A stretch of 64,000 bases of DNA from Balanoglossus misakiensis (lineage: Eukaryota > Animalia > Hemichordata), in contig CM082588.2 of the NCBI GenBank assembly GCA_040954595.2, forward strand, positions 434,001-498,000. Direction: 5' to 3'. Positions within the stretch are counted from its first letter, which is position 1. Every line of letters begins with the position of its first letter. The notes below the pieces were generated by a model that was given only the letters and a program-made list of their open reading frames with translations, did not search any database and was not told the DNA's origin. Made by a program: the position numbers and the translations under genes. Positions 25,013-36,400 of the stretch are shown in pieces.

Positions 25013-25128
25013 GCATGTTTGAGTGACATTCGTCGCAACAAGCCAGCTGTCCTGGATGGCGTTCGCGGTGACGTTGCTGCCATGGTACCCGCAGCTGGTA
25101 GACGCAGAAATGGGTTTGACTCCTGCAT
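25013..25128 (-). CDS. Putative alternative ADGB first exon V8 (MQESNPFLRLPAAGT-MAATSPRTPSRTAGLLRRMSLKH-A)
   Basis: Two in-frame ATGs (25128, and accATGG at 25083); GC|gtaagt donor in phase 2. Confidence 0.62.
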
Positions 25129-26088
25129 TTGTCGGATTTTTTTCTAACCAACAACGTCAAAGGAATGAATGAAAAACGTTCAATGCGAGACTATCATTCT
25201 TACGGTAGTCAATGAATTAACAACTTAACAGGTCCTTTTATGACGTCACTTAATGGCTCCTTAAGCCGGTACGCGTAATCTTTATGCGAATTGGGTCTCA
25301 GAAAACTATTGATTTTTAGATTATCTTGTCTAATCGAAAACTTTGTCCCAGAAATTAAATAGGACAGTTGAAACTTGATTGTGTTTCATTGTTTATTATA
25401 CCCAATATTGTCTCTGTCCCAGTTTTCTGAGGTCATGATACAGATTATAAATCCAGTATGTCACCCCATGATAGTTGTACATTTTTGGAGTAGTGTTCAC
25501 GAAATTTGTTGACAAGCCACTCGTGGTAGGAATGTCTCTGGAGAATTCACTATGGAAGGAAAACACAATAATGTACTTATCTCTGCAAGACAAGCCTCTA
25601 CTGCGACTAACGACAACTTAACAGTTATTTCAAAAGGGACAATTACATAACGGAATGATACCACTTCAAATTCACCCAATTTATGTCTGTTTCGTCAATG
25701 AAAATCTTTCTTTGTTAGAGTTAGACGTCAGTAAAACGGCCTAAACCTTTGGTCAGGGAAGTCACACATTTTCACAATGAGTATATGGCGGGTGTGAGCA
25801 GTATAACTCGGTTACTAATACTAGACCCAAAGGCCAAATTAACCATGGTAACCAAGTAACCACGACGACTTTACTGCATTAGTGAAGACAGGGAACGTTC
25901 TGCTTTGGTGGGAAACATTTGTAAATTTGTCTTTTTATGTATGATTTTCATTTTCAGTGAATTATTTACACCAAGACAGTGACTGGGGTAAAGAAATATT
26001 CACTTTGAGCGAAACACATCAACAGAGGCCAGGTTGTCATGCAAAAAAATTTTCTGCAAGCAGCGTCATAGTTGCATGACCTCTCCAA

Positions 26089-26118
26089 TGCGCATGTGCA
26101 TTTGGCAAAGATGGCGGC
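26089..26118 (+). promoter_or_regulatory. VTA1 core promoter motifs: NRF1-like TGCGCATGTGCA and YY1-like AAGATGGCGGC overlapping the ATG
   Basis: Direct motif match next to the start codon; typical of housekeeping promoters. Confidence 0.5.
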
Positions 26119-29100
26119 ATACGCAGCCAAGATTCCGGCCGTACCTGCTTCACTGAAAGCTCTCCGTCACTACCAGGAAATTGCTAAAGAACACGACGTG
26201 AGGGACCCTGTTGTTTCTTTTTATTGTAAGTATAAGCATGCAAAATGTCAAGGTCAAACATCATTTAAATCATAAGTTATTCGAGCTATATCGCAGTGTT
26301 TTGATTTACCACATACTGTGCACATAGCCATGGCCCACGTCCCACGTCTGTGCATGCACTACGTTACCCGGACGTTCAGATATTGCCATCAAAAACAGGT
26401 ACTTGATAGGCCCGGTATAACCATGGAGGTATTAAAGATATACCCCTACCTCCAGGAGTGGTTGGTATATTCCAACCGAGAGTTTCCGACTTGAATTCAG
26501 TGGGGAGAGGCGGGGCGGCCCTAGCCGGACACTCACCTGGCCAATGCATGTGTTACCACCATGATCTTTGCTCTGAATCTCGAAATCGGGTGACAATGCA
26601 ATTGTACAATAATGTTTTGACAAGGCAGATGGTTGACAAATGTCACCAACAATGGCATGTTGAATGAATGTTTTTAATTCCTGCGATCAACTAGATACTA
26701 GTATTAGTACATGTGTATAAATAAATGGGCGTGTCTCTCGATATGATCTTCAGTGACATGTTCACGCAATAAATGTATGTGATATCTCGAAAACGTGGCT
26801 ATTGGCAACCATTATAATCAAACTCATCGTCAAAAGCCTAACTTGTCTAGCAGAATCTGTAGCCATTTTCTTTATACCTAAAGCCAAATCAGGTTTGAAA
26901 AGAAACCCATTCAAACTGCTCTGACAAGTCCAGACAATATCTGCAATGTTGCTATGGTAGTGAAATCGAAAAACTAAGTCTTCAAGTTTAATTTTACCTC
27001 TCATGGACAGTTTACCTTGGACAACTACCGCTGTGTTAACATAATGTATTTCCAGAGCTTTGCCACCTATGTCATTACCAGAGTGTCCAAACATTGATCT
27101 ACTAATGGTTTATCCACTGACCTTACTCCAAGAGACGCTGACCTGAATTTGGATGCACTTGACATTGTCGTCCAGACACGGTCAGGTCGAGAAAGTTCCT
27201 CTAATTCCGCTGTGTTTTTCACTGGTTGTAATAGTGGTGCATTTGGTGTGGCTTTGTGTTACTATGCTGGCAAACAGAGTCGGGAAATGTCAACAGTATG
27301 CATTGCCATCGGGGCTTTTGCACTCTGTATGGAGATGTTTGCACTTCACTGTCACTATGGACAATGAATTGGTCTCTTCTAACTTCTAAGGGACATCTCA
27401 CAAACTGAAAACTAAAGCTTGACATTGAACGGACAAATTCTAATGTCAAAGTTTTCTCCTTTCATTTCTTCTGTCTACGTTTAGAAGTTTGTTCCTGTTC
27501 TGTTCTTTTCAGTATGATATTCTTAGGAGTATACTAGTATGTGAGGCTGATTTTAATTAAAAACGTATTACTGGGTAAAATATGTGAAGACACTGGACAA
27601 AGTCCATATGGCACAGAAAGAGTTGCCCCTTCTCTTTGTTTTCTGGGAGACCAAGATTGTGGGTTTTGTTGATGCTGTGGTATTCCAGCTCCACTTGGTT
27701 GAAGATACCTTTACACATGATGACATACATGCACCCACACGTGATTGATACTTCCAAGTATCGGTATTGTTAGTGGAAATCTTACTTTTCTTAGCACTGT
27801 GTCGTTTGTAATCAGTGCCTACACCTTAGTCTGCCCATGAAAGACTGCAGATGGTTACCACTAAAATGTCAGACACACTGAAGTACAGTGGTGGACATTG
27901 TATTTTGGAGTAAGTCTCTTAATTAAGTTTGGCGAGTTTTGAAGTTTCTCTCTGTTGAGACAACCCTGATCATGCCTTGAAGCATTGAATTAATAGCTTA
28001 CAGGGAACCCACATAATTAGTTGTTGTAATATGGCACAGTGTCAACAATGGACTTCGCAGAACAGAACTTGTAAATGGTAAGAAACAATAGAACTTACTT
28101 AATTACATGAACCGCTTTCTTGAAGAGTTTGAGTTCCGCCATTTGGAGTGGGATTAGACGGATGTCTGTGTCGCGGAATTGCAGGGAATCTAAAACCCTG
28201 AAGCCAGTGAAAATCCTCTGTCGTAAAATAATTTGTTTTGGCTCCTGCCTTTGGCACTGGAATCCTTTTACTGGATATTTGAAACTCGCGACAAATAAGA
28301 TAAACTGCAGACAAGAGGTGTATTGGTGCGTGCTTGTTGCCATGGTTTTTGCTTATTTTGTTTGCTCCGTGTCTTATGATCCAACAATGCGTCAGTTTAC
28401 ACCTTGGAACAAGTGCAGACACTTAGATATAACTTGCTAAGTGCTTTGAAAGTGAGTCTATGATTGTATTACACTGGAAACAATCACACAGTTGAAGCAA
28501 TGGCTGTACAGTTACATTGTAATTATAATCATGCAGACAGCAAATGATACAGCCGATCTACTTGATGATGAAAAGATGGCCTTGTAATCCTGATGATTCT
28601 AAGATTATATGCTTGAAACTTTACATGTGTTGCAGTGTACACATCAGGGAACCTACAGTGGATGTGAAAGGAGAGAGGGAATCGGTAGGGGTTTTCACTG
28701 GAACTCCTAGCAGTCTTGTCAAACTGGAAAATTACACACTGTCACACACCAGTAAATCTGGTTCATGCTTTCTACAGTGTAAAGTGTTTGACCAACAGTT
28801 TCTTTGAACATACATGTGAAAGTTTCAAAATCTCAGGACAATATATTGTGAAGACTGAGTACCGTAGTTAAGTTTTCAGGCACACATAGTACCCTATATT
28901 ACCCAAGACATTAAGTCCATTTCAAAATAGCTTGGAGTTTCTTTGTTTCTGGCGATAAATAAACATCTCCTGTGACATGAAGCAACGTCTGTGGCTAGGT
29001 TCGCTGTCTCTTTGCAGTGCTTTGAAGTTTGACAATATGTATTCGAACAGTGCCATTTCTTGGCAGTTGAGAAAAAAAAATATGCCAGTGCACCCTTCAA

Positions 29101-31610
29101 TTGAGATTGTGGATGAGTCCAATGATGTTTCCACTGTTTTTGAGACCCAACTGATCTGTTTGTATTCTTTTGTGCAGTCGATTTCTACAGAGACACTTCT
29201 GAATCACCAGTTGTATTTTCTCACCAAACTCACAGCACACCTGTTCCCCAAATACATCTGCTACAGAACAAAACATGGCTGTAGGTTACCGTGGATACAA
29301 GGTGTCCAATAAGTTGCTGGATAGTCGCACAAACAAAACCATGCACATAAATATTCAAATATAGATTTGTTTGCACACTTCGTTTTGACCACAATCTTTC
29401 CAGTTGTCAGTTGTGGGACCTGGTTATGCACTGGCGATGGCATGAAAAGTTTCCTGAAAACAGACTTGGGTTGTTGTTCATGTAGAGAGCTTATTTTTAT
29501 TGTACTAGTGCTATCTGTGATTCAATAGCATTCTTCCAGAGTGTATTCGAATGTACATTTAAACTATTTGGTTCCATAATCAACATGTGTGACGTGAGAG
29601 AGTGCACACACTCCAACGCACACACCCATGTTTCATGTATGGCTCCCCCTAGAGGCTCAGTTTGAAGGATGCTTGGTAGTGCGCCCTCAGCATTCTGATT
29701 TTCCTTACGCTTTTATTTTTCAGGTCGCCGCTATGCCATTGAAGAGGGGATGAGGATTGACAGCAAATCACCAGATGCCAGGAAATACCTGATGGCATTA
29801 ATGGACTGCTTAGAACAGGTAACATCTGACAGAAAAGTGAAATCAGAAGGGTTCAAATTTGAACCTGATTCTTATTTGCTTTATCGATTCTGTCAGTTAT
29901 TAATAGTTATTGAAATGTTATTTTATCGTACAGATGAAGAAAGCTCTAGCAACCAATGAGTCCGTACACAATGAGGTTGTCGGACAGGCTCATATTGAAA
30001 ATTATGGACTGAAAATATTCCTGTATGCTGATAACGAAGATAGAGGAGGGAGATTTAACAAGTAAGTATAGTATCTAAGTGATCATAATCATCTGTGTGT
30101 GTTCATGAAACCTAAATATGTCCCTGTGTGCAACATGGCTTGAAATCCCTTCATCTTTCCTTTCTGTCTATTGCAGGAATGTTGTGAAATCATTCTATAA
30201 AGCTAGCATGATATTTGATGTCCTTCAAACATTTGGTGAGCTCGGTGAAGATGTAAGTTTATGTACACTATTCTCATCTCAAAGATTTGGAAATAAACTA
30301 CTCAGAATCAACTACTATTTGAATTAATTTCCCTATTTTAATTCACAGATATAAAAAGGGTTTACTCAATCAGGATATATTCATCATCATTATTGTATTT
30401 GTGGTCGTTTGAATAATTTCAGATTAAGAAAAACAGGAAGTATGCCCGGTGGAAAGCTGCATATATCCATGATTGTTTGAAGAAAGGCGAAACTCCACAT
30501 GCAGGACCTTTAGATGAAGAACAGGATGAGGATGAATTTGGAGGTAAGGGAGACCCTTAATCATTGCCAATCCTTTGAGGTAGAACTGCATGTTAAGAGA
30601 ACCTCTATAAACCAGATTATTTCTTCAGTCCTTTTGTGTCCGGTTCAGACAGGCTTCACTGTACTTTTTTCAACGGTAAAACATCGACTCGCGGATAATT
30701 AATGAAGACGCATGCATACTTCGCGTGACAGATCGACACCCATGCTTCAGAAAGCTCTTTTTAGGATAGCTACAGAAAAGATCGACATAGACGCAGCTCT
30801 TTTTCGCATAGCAACAAAATCATCGACGTAGATGCCGCTCTTTTTCGCATAGCAACAAAATCATCGACGTAGACGCAGCTCTTTTTCGCATAGCAACAAA
30901 ATCATCAACGTAGATGCAGCTCTTTTTCGCATAGCAACAAAATCATCGACGTAGATGCAGCTCTTTTTCGCATAGCAACAAAATCATCGACGTAGACGCA
31001 GCTCTTTTTAAGATAGCTACAGAAAAGATCGACAGAGATGCAGCTCTTTTTCGCATAGCAACAAAAGCATCGACAGACTCCGCTCGTTTTGGGATAGCTA
31101 CAGAAACATCGACGTAGACTCAATTCTAACGCGACGTAGTCACGGGAGGACAGCGCAACTTCAAAGACTTCTGTTAATCGCAACCTCCGTAGTGGTAGAA
31201 ACCATTTTACAGTAAAATAGGGGTGAAAGTATGAAAAAGTCACACCCATTCTGCGCTTGATTGCAGCTGCCGGTGGGGCACCAGCTGCACCTACTAATTT
31301 CCCATCGCAAATCCAACCCCAAAATCCATCGAGTGGAGGCGGTCAGAACAAGCTCGTTATTCCTCCTGGCACCCACGCACCACCAACAACACCACAAGAT
31401 CCTGGTCTCAGCCAAGGAGTGATTCCGGGACCATCTCAGCCGCACGTACCAGCACCCGTTTCAGGAGGTTTCCATTTAACTGCAGAAGACTACACAAAAG
31501 CCCAGAAGTTCTGTCGATATGCCAGCAGTGCGTTACAATATGAAGACGTACCAACAGCTGTTGAGAATTTACATAAAGCACTCAGGCTACTGCAGACTGG
31601 GAAAGAGTAG
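26111..31610 (+). CDS. VTA1: Vacuolar protein sorting-associated protein VTA1 homolog, complete, 292 aa. Exons: 26111-26225, 29724-29818, 29934-30061, 30177-30252, 30423-30543, 31267-31610
   Basis: All introns are GT-AG with consistent phases (879 nt in total). The N-terminal MIT region reads EHDVRDPVVSFYCRRYA...FLYADNEDRGGRFNKNVVKSFY...RKYARWKAAYIHDCLKKGETP. A Pro-rich linker precedes the C-terminal VSL motif AQKFCRYASSALQYEDVPTAVENLHKAL. Confidence 0.97.
30750..31120. repeat. 41-bp minisatellite, about 9 copies, in VTA1 intron 5
   Basis: Unit GCAGCTCTTTTTCGCATAGCAACAAAATCATCGACGTAGAY recurs at 41-nt spacing (e.g. 30793, 30834), with diverged variants at the edges. Confidence 0.93.
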
Positions 31611-32102
31611 GGAAAACCTGACCTCAGACTTTGAACTTTAACCTTGGGTCATCAGAGGTCATTTTGACATCAGAGGTCATAAGCATCATCCTATAATTAG
31701 ATGTACAGATTTCTGTCACATTTGTGCCATGGCGACAGGACAATATCACTAGTAACCATGGCGAGAGGAGTAACTGGTTGATTAAAGTGAATGTTCCAAA
31801 ATATTATGTTCTAATTTTCAAGAAGGTAATTTAATTATCAGTGACCGTATATTTAGTTGTTCGTTCAAAATGATGCTTATGTAGGGCAAGGTAGTTGTCA
31901 TATTAATCTTTTACAAATCAGAACTGTCTGCTTTTCTCCATCAGTTGGGCAGGTCTTGTTTCATGTAAATAGTAAAACGCATGTAATAGTACTGTAAAAG
32001 TAACATAATTGAGTAATTTTATTAAAAGCACATATTTGGTGCTCATTATGAAATGAACAAATGGTGTATACAGTAGTTATACAGTAATGCCAACTGTTTC
32101 TC

Positions 32103-32178
32103 AATAAAGTTATGTATTTCTTTTTTATTTTACTTTTTGCATTTGAAGAACAGAGAATCATTAAATGTATAGAAATAA
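32103..32178 (+). terminator. Candidate VTA1 polyadenylation signals (AATAAA at 32103 and 32173)
   Basis: AATAAA about 500 nt after the stop codon; the first is followed by a T-rich tract. Confidence 0.45.
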
Positions 32179-32384
32179 AAAAGCACCAAGTTTGTGTTGA
32201 AACAAGTACTGCAAGAAGAAGAAAGAGGACTTGGTTGAAATCAACACTGGACGCCATGTTTAAAAAAGCGCCCTCACAGACCAACCTACTGCTTTTGTTT
32301 TTATGTAGTTTTCTTATATACATGTATGTCACAGTCCCTCTGTGTATATGTATATGGTGATGAGCATAGAACTAGAATACACTA

Positions 32385-32404
32385 GAGAGAGAGAGAGAGA
32401 GAGA
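32385..32404. repeat. (GA)n microsatellite
   Basis: Seen directly. Confidence 0.85.
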
Positions 32405-33368
32405 CCATTGATATGTAGCTTCAGCCAGCGCATTAATAGGGTCAGACCGCCGCCCATACGACTTCCATGTTTTCACAAATTGGCCATTTGTGACAAAAAT
32501 CGCCATTTGTAATGATATTTTTTTTATGTTTTGAAAATCGAAAGTACTACCCGTCTTTACCCTGCTTACGTCACTCCCCTTTCTTGTCTACCACATATGA
32601 CATGAACACGTCCACGTCACATCCCCTTCACCAATATCCCCGTCTTCTCCGATGTTGTAATCCTTGTGTATTTATTCCCACTCTTCCATCCTTGGAACAA
32701 CTCTCCCGACACCCATAATTCGCTCCAGCTCTATTCTTCTGTCCTTGCCCTACTTTGTCGCCCATTTGTTTTCCTTTTCATTTCATACACGATTACCGAT
32801 TTCTTTGTCTGCCTGCTTTTCCTCTACGCCCCCTCACCATTTTAATTCTTCGTGCGTAGAAGACAAGCTAAATACGAATGACGGGAACAAAACATAATGA
32901 CGTGCAGCTGTGCAAAGACCCAGACGCTTTAGAGCGACCTCTCACAATACACACGCTAATTCTTTTCTCTTTTCTGTCAGGATCGAAGTAATGTATTACA
33001 GAGCTCGGTGCATAGCGCCACCAGTCAGACCATCGTTGTTGTGAATAATAGCTAGTGCTATTTTCCGACAATCAGTTATTTTGTTCTGCCGTGGACAGTC
33101 CCCGCTATGCCCATGTTTCTGATCATTGAGACACGCTGAATTGTCAGTAGTTCCCGTATCATTTGCCCCTGTTTGCAATAGTATCATCTATGCATTGTTT
33201 TATGATACATGTGTTCCAAACATCATGTCGTAGGCCTACACGTTTTTTTGTTCATCTTGAGTGGAGAGTGTTTCAGTTCACATAACCACGTGAACAACCC
33301 AATACGCACACATAATGTCAAAGCAGACCGGCTTCTCCAGTGATATAGTGTCTTAGCTTCTCACACCA

Positions 33369-33414
33369 TCCCTCCCTCCCTCCCTCCCTCCCTCTCTCTC
33401 TCCCCCCTCTCTCT
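33369..33414. repeat. (CCCT)n/(CT)n polypyrimidine microsatellite
   Basis: Seen directly. Confidence 0.8.
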
Positions 33415-36400
33415 AGCTGTATTCTACGAACAAGTTCAACATCACCCTTGATTTGCATAACTCTATGCAGAACACAAACCCATGCCCCAGGTGATTGACG
33501 CAAAGCTCACCAAACAACCATAAACGTGATTGTGACGGCGACGATGGTTCCTTCAGGGCAGATTTACCTGCATTAAGGGACTGGTGACATTCACAACTGG
33601 CGCGTCCTTGAGATTGTCTATATTCGCTGTACGCCCTTCGTTGCCAAGTCGCCTATCGCAGGATCTTACCATCGCCAGAGCTCCGTTTGAGAGAGAAAGT
33701 TTTCAGGATCCTACGTTCAGTTTTTCAGAAATTCCTTGTGTTGTCATTTTTAGTGCCAAACCATCGAAACGATGTTTAATATCACGTCGTGTGTTTAATT
33801 TGAAATGGTATGATAGACACTTTGCCAAGCCGTTCAATTCAATGTGTGCGGCATCTTATGTTATTGCGACAACATGTCGATATGCATATGTAGTCGTGGT
33901 AGATAGAATTAAAGGAATATAAGTAAGAGAAAGGGTGACTTGAGTACAACTGTTGGGGAAAAATCAAAACACACTATAAACAGAAAGACATATGTGACCT
34001 CACGTGAGTTTTTGGTGACCCACCTGTCGAGAATTATACATTATATATTTCAGTCCAAATCGGATTTCTATAAGCCGATCGGCGTCAGTCAAATTGACCG
34101 GAAGCATCGTCACTTTCTGTCTTGAATTACATATCGCCTTCATTTCATTGTTTATCTTAAATCATAACCTTTAAGTTTGACATTTGAGTGAATGGATCAC
34201 GGTGTGTAATAATTATTACTTTATGAGATTTTGTAATGTCATGAGAAAATGTGAGCTTGGAAATTTGATCGTATTAACTGCTGGACAAGTTTTTTTTGCA
34301 CATTTAATATGAGTTCTGGCGAATATAGCATTGTAGCTTCTCTTTGACTTTCTGCAACTGGCTTTTGATTATTTTTATACTGAAAAACAAGCAGTTTGCA
34401 AACAAAAAAGTCAATGCAGTTTTACAGACTCCAGTTTATTGAGATTGTTATGGATATTTTATAATCACAAAATACACATGCATCTCTGAAGAGCAGTAGA
34501 CTATCATATCGTTGGCTGATTAAGCCATCCAAACCTTGTGGAACTCACGTTTGTGTTGGAGCAGATCTAGACCACGCGGTATAAATGAAACTGAAACACG
34601 TCAACCAAAACTTCCATAATTGTCTTTCCTTTGTGTCTCAGTTTTTTTATCACCCGTTTACCTGCGTTGCCCATGAATATCTCATATCACAAAATTAGTG
34701 TCATTTGATATGGTATTCAATGAGAACACAAGATTATTTGGGTCTGATTATAATCTCTGTCATCTTTGCCCGCAAGTATGATGAACGATCACCAAGTTCA
34801 ATCTCGACATCAGACGGTTAGGGATCTGAATCACAGCACCACCCATCTGTCTCCTCAAAAAACAAAATTGATTTTCTTTCGCTCGTGCAACGCCGGCAGT
34901 ATCGAGTAAAATTCCTGGTGCGTTGAGTAATTATGACTGCAACTCATTGAAAAGATTTTAGAATTGAATGAAGATTGCAATTTATGGCATCATTTTAACA
35001 ATTAAGATAATTATAGATCCCATGTGAGATGACAGTGATGAATTTTGTGATTTTTTTTAATGATAAGCTTCGGTTTTTACTCCTATTTCGCTGGGTTTTA
35101 ATGCCGCCCTAACAGTAATGAGGGCAAGAGGCCGTCGGCTTGTGTTTGCTCGTCGGTTGGCTTTTGCTTGGCACTCTTCTAAGTTACCTGCTCGCTCACA
35201 GCTAGCTGCAATAATTGTAACGGGTGCTGCGAACACCAGTCAACCTGGCAGTACCCGCTACTATCATTACAGCTAGCTCACAGCGTCTGGCGGAGAAAAA
35301 GAAGGATTTTCTCTGGGTTTAATCTCCAATGCTGTCCATCCACTTTCAACAGGTTGACATTTGCGCGTAGCCCTTCAGCTTGACCACACTGCCTTCTTTC
35401 CATGACGACCGCAGTCACGTGACTGGATCGAGATATAATGATCTAATTCAATTTTCGTATTAGTCACTTTCTGTAGGTAGTAGAGAGAGACTCATTCTGA
35501 AAACCAAAGCGGCTCAGTTGAAAGAAGTGAGCAGATGATGCTCGCGAATATTAAGCTCCCTTGGTGCACAATTGAAAATTAATACCATAGCAGAGAACAA
35601 TCTATTCCTATCTTAAGAAGTATCACTTTACAGCCCGACTAAATACACCCTCATCTGTTTTATGAATATGATAACAAAGATTCCACCTAAATGACAAATA
35701 GTGAATTAGGCCTTGCAGAAATGCCTAATTTATTCATTACGCGCAATGTTTCTCTTCCCAATGTCGGCCTTTCTTTATTGCACCGACACCGACTCATTAT
35801 TCCGAAGAACCCGTACAAATTCCTGGTGGAATATGAAAGTCAAAACATAAAGAGGGGAAATCAACTCTAGAAAATCAAACCAGAAAATTGTAATGCCGTT
35901 GAATGTTGGTGCATAATATGCTTGGATGATGAACAGTTGGGTCTGTCTTGATAGGTGTCTTCCGGTGGTGTTGATAGGCTTGTGCAAAACGTCTCTGTGC
36001 TGCGTCACAGATCTCCCTATTAAAGTATAAAAAGACAACGTGGTATTAATTTGATTATTCTACTACAGCTGTCTCGTAGTGGTCGTGAATGTCTGGTTTT
36101 GAAGGTTTGATGAGAGGGGGGATTTTGTTCTTGCAATCGTTTTCACAATCTGTGATTTGGTCACATTAAACGTCACTATCTTGAAAGTGACGTGTGTCAC
36201 CAACGCCCAAACTGCTTATTTTTTGGCGATAATTGCAAAATTAGAGAAGTCAGAGAGAACACTTTAACAGTAAAGTTATTATCAGTTAAATACCTGTGAT
36301 TGTCATAGAAGTCGACAAAATTGGCTAAATTTCCCTTCAATTTTGGGATTTTACGGCTGGATACCTTGCTGACCTGAATTATTCATATTGGGCAATTCTA

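Noticed and set aside
26072-26110. N-terminal extension of VTA1 suggested by the ORF track (TTG start)
   Set aside because: Non-ATG start. The ATG at 26111 has good context and matches the homologous N-terminus.
30750-31120. CRISPR-like appearance of regularly spaced repeats
   Set aside because: Units are contiguous with no unique spacers, lie in a eukaryotic intron, and no cas genes are present.
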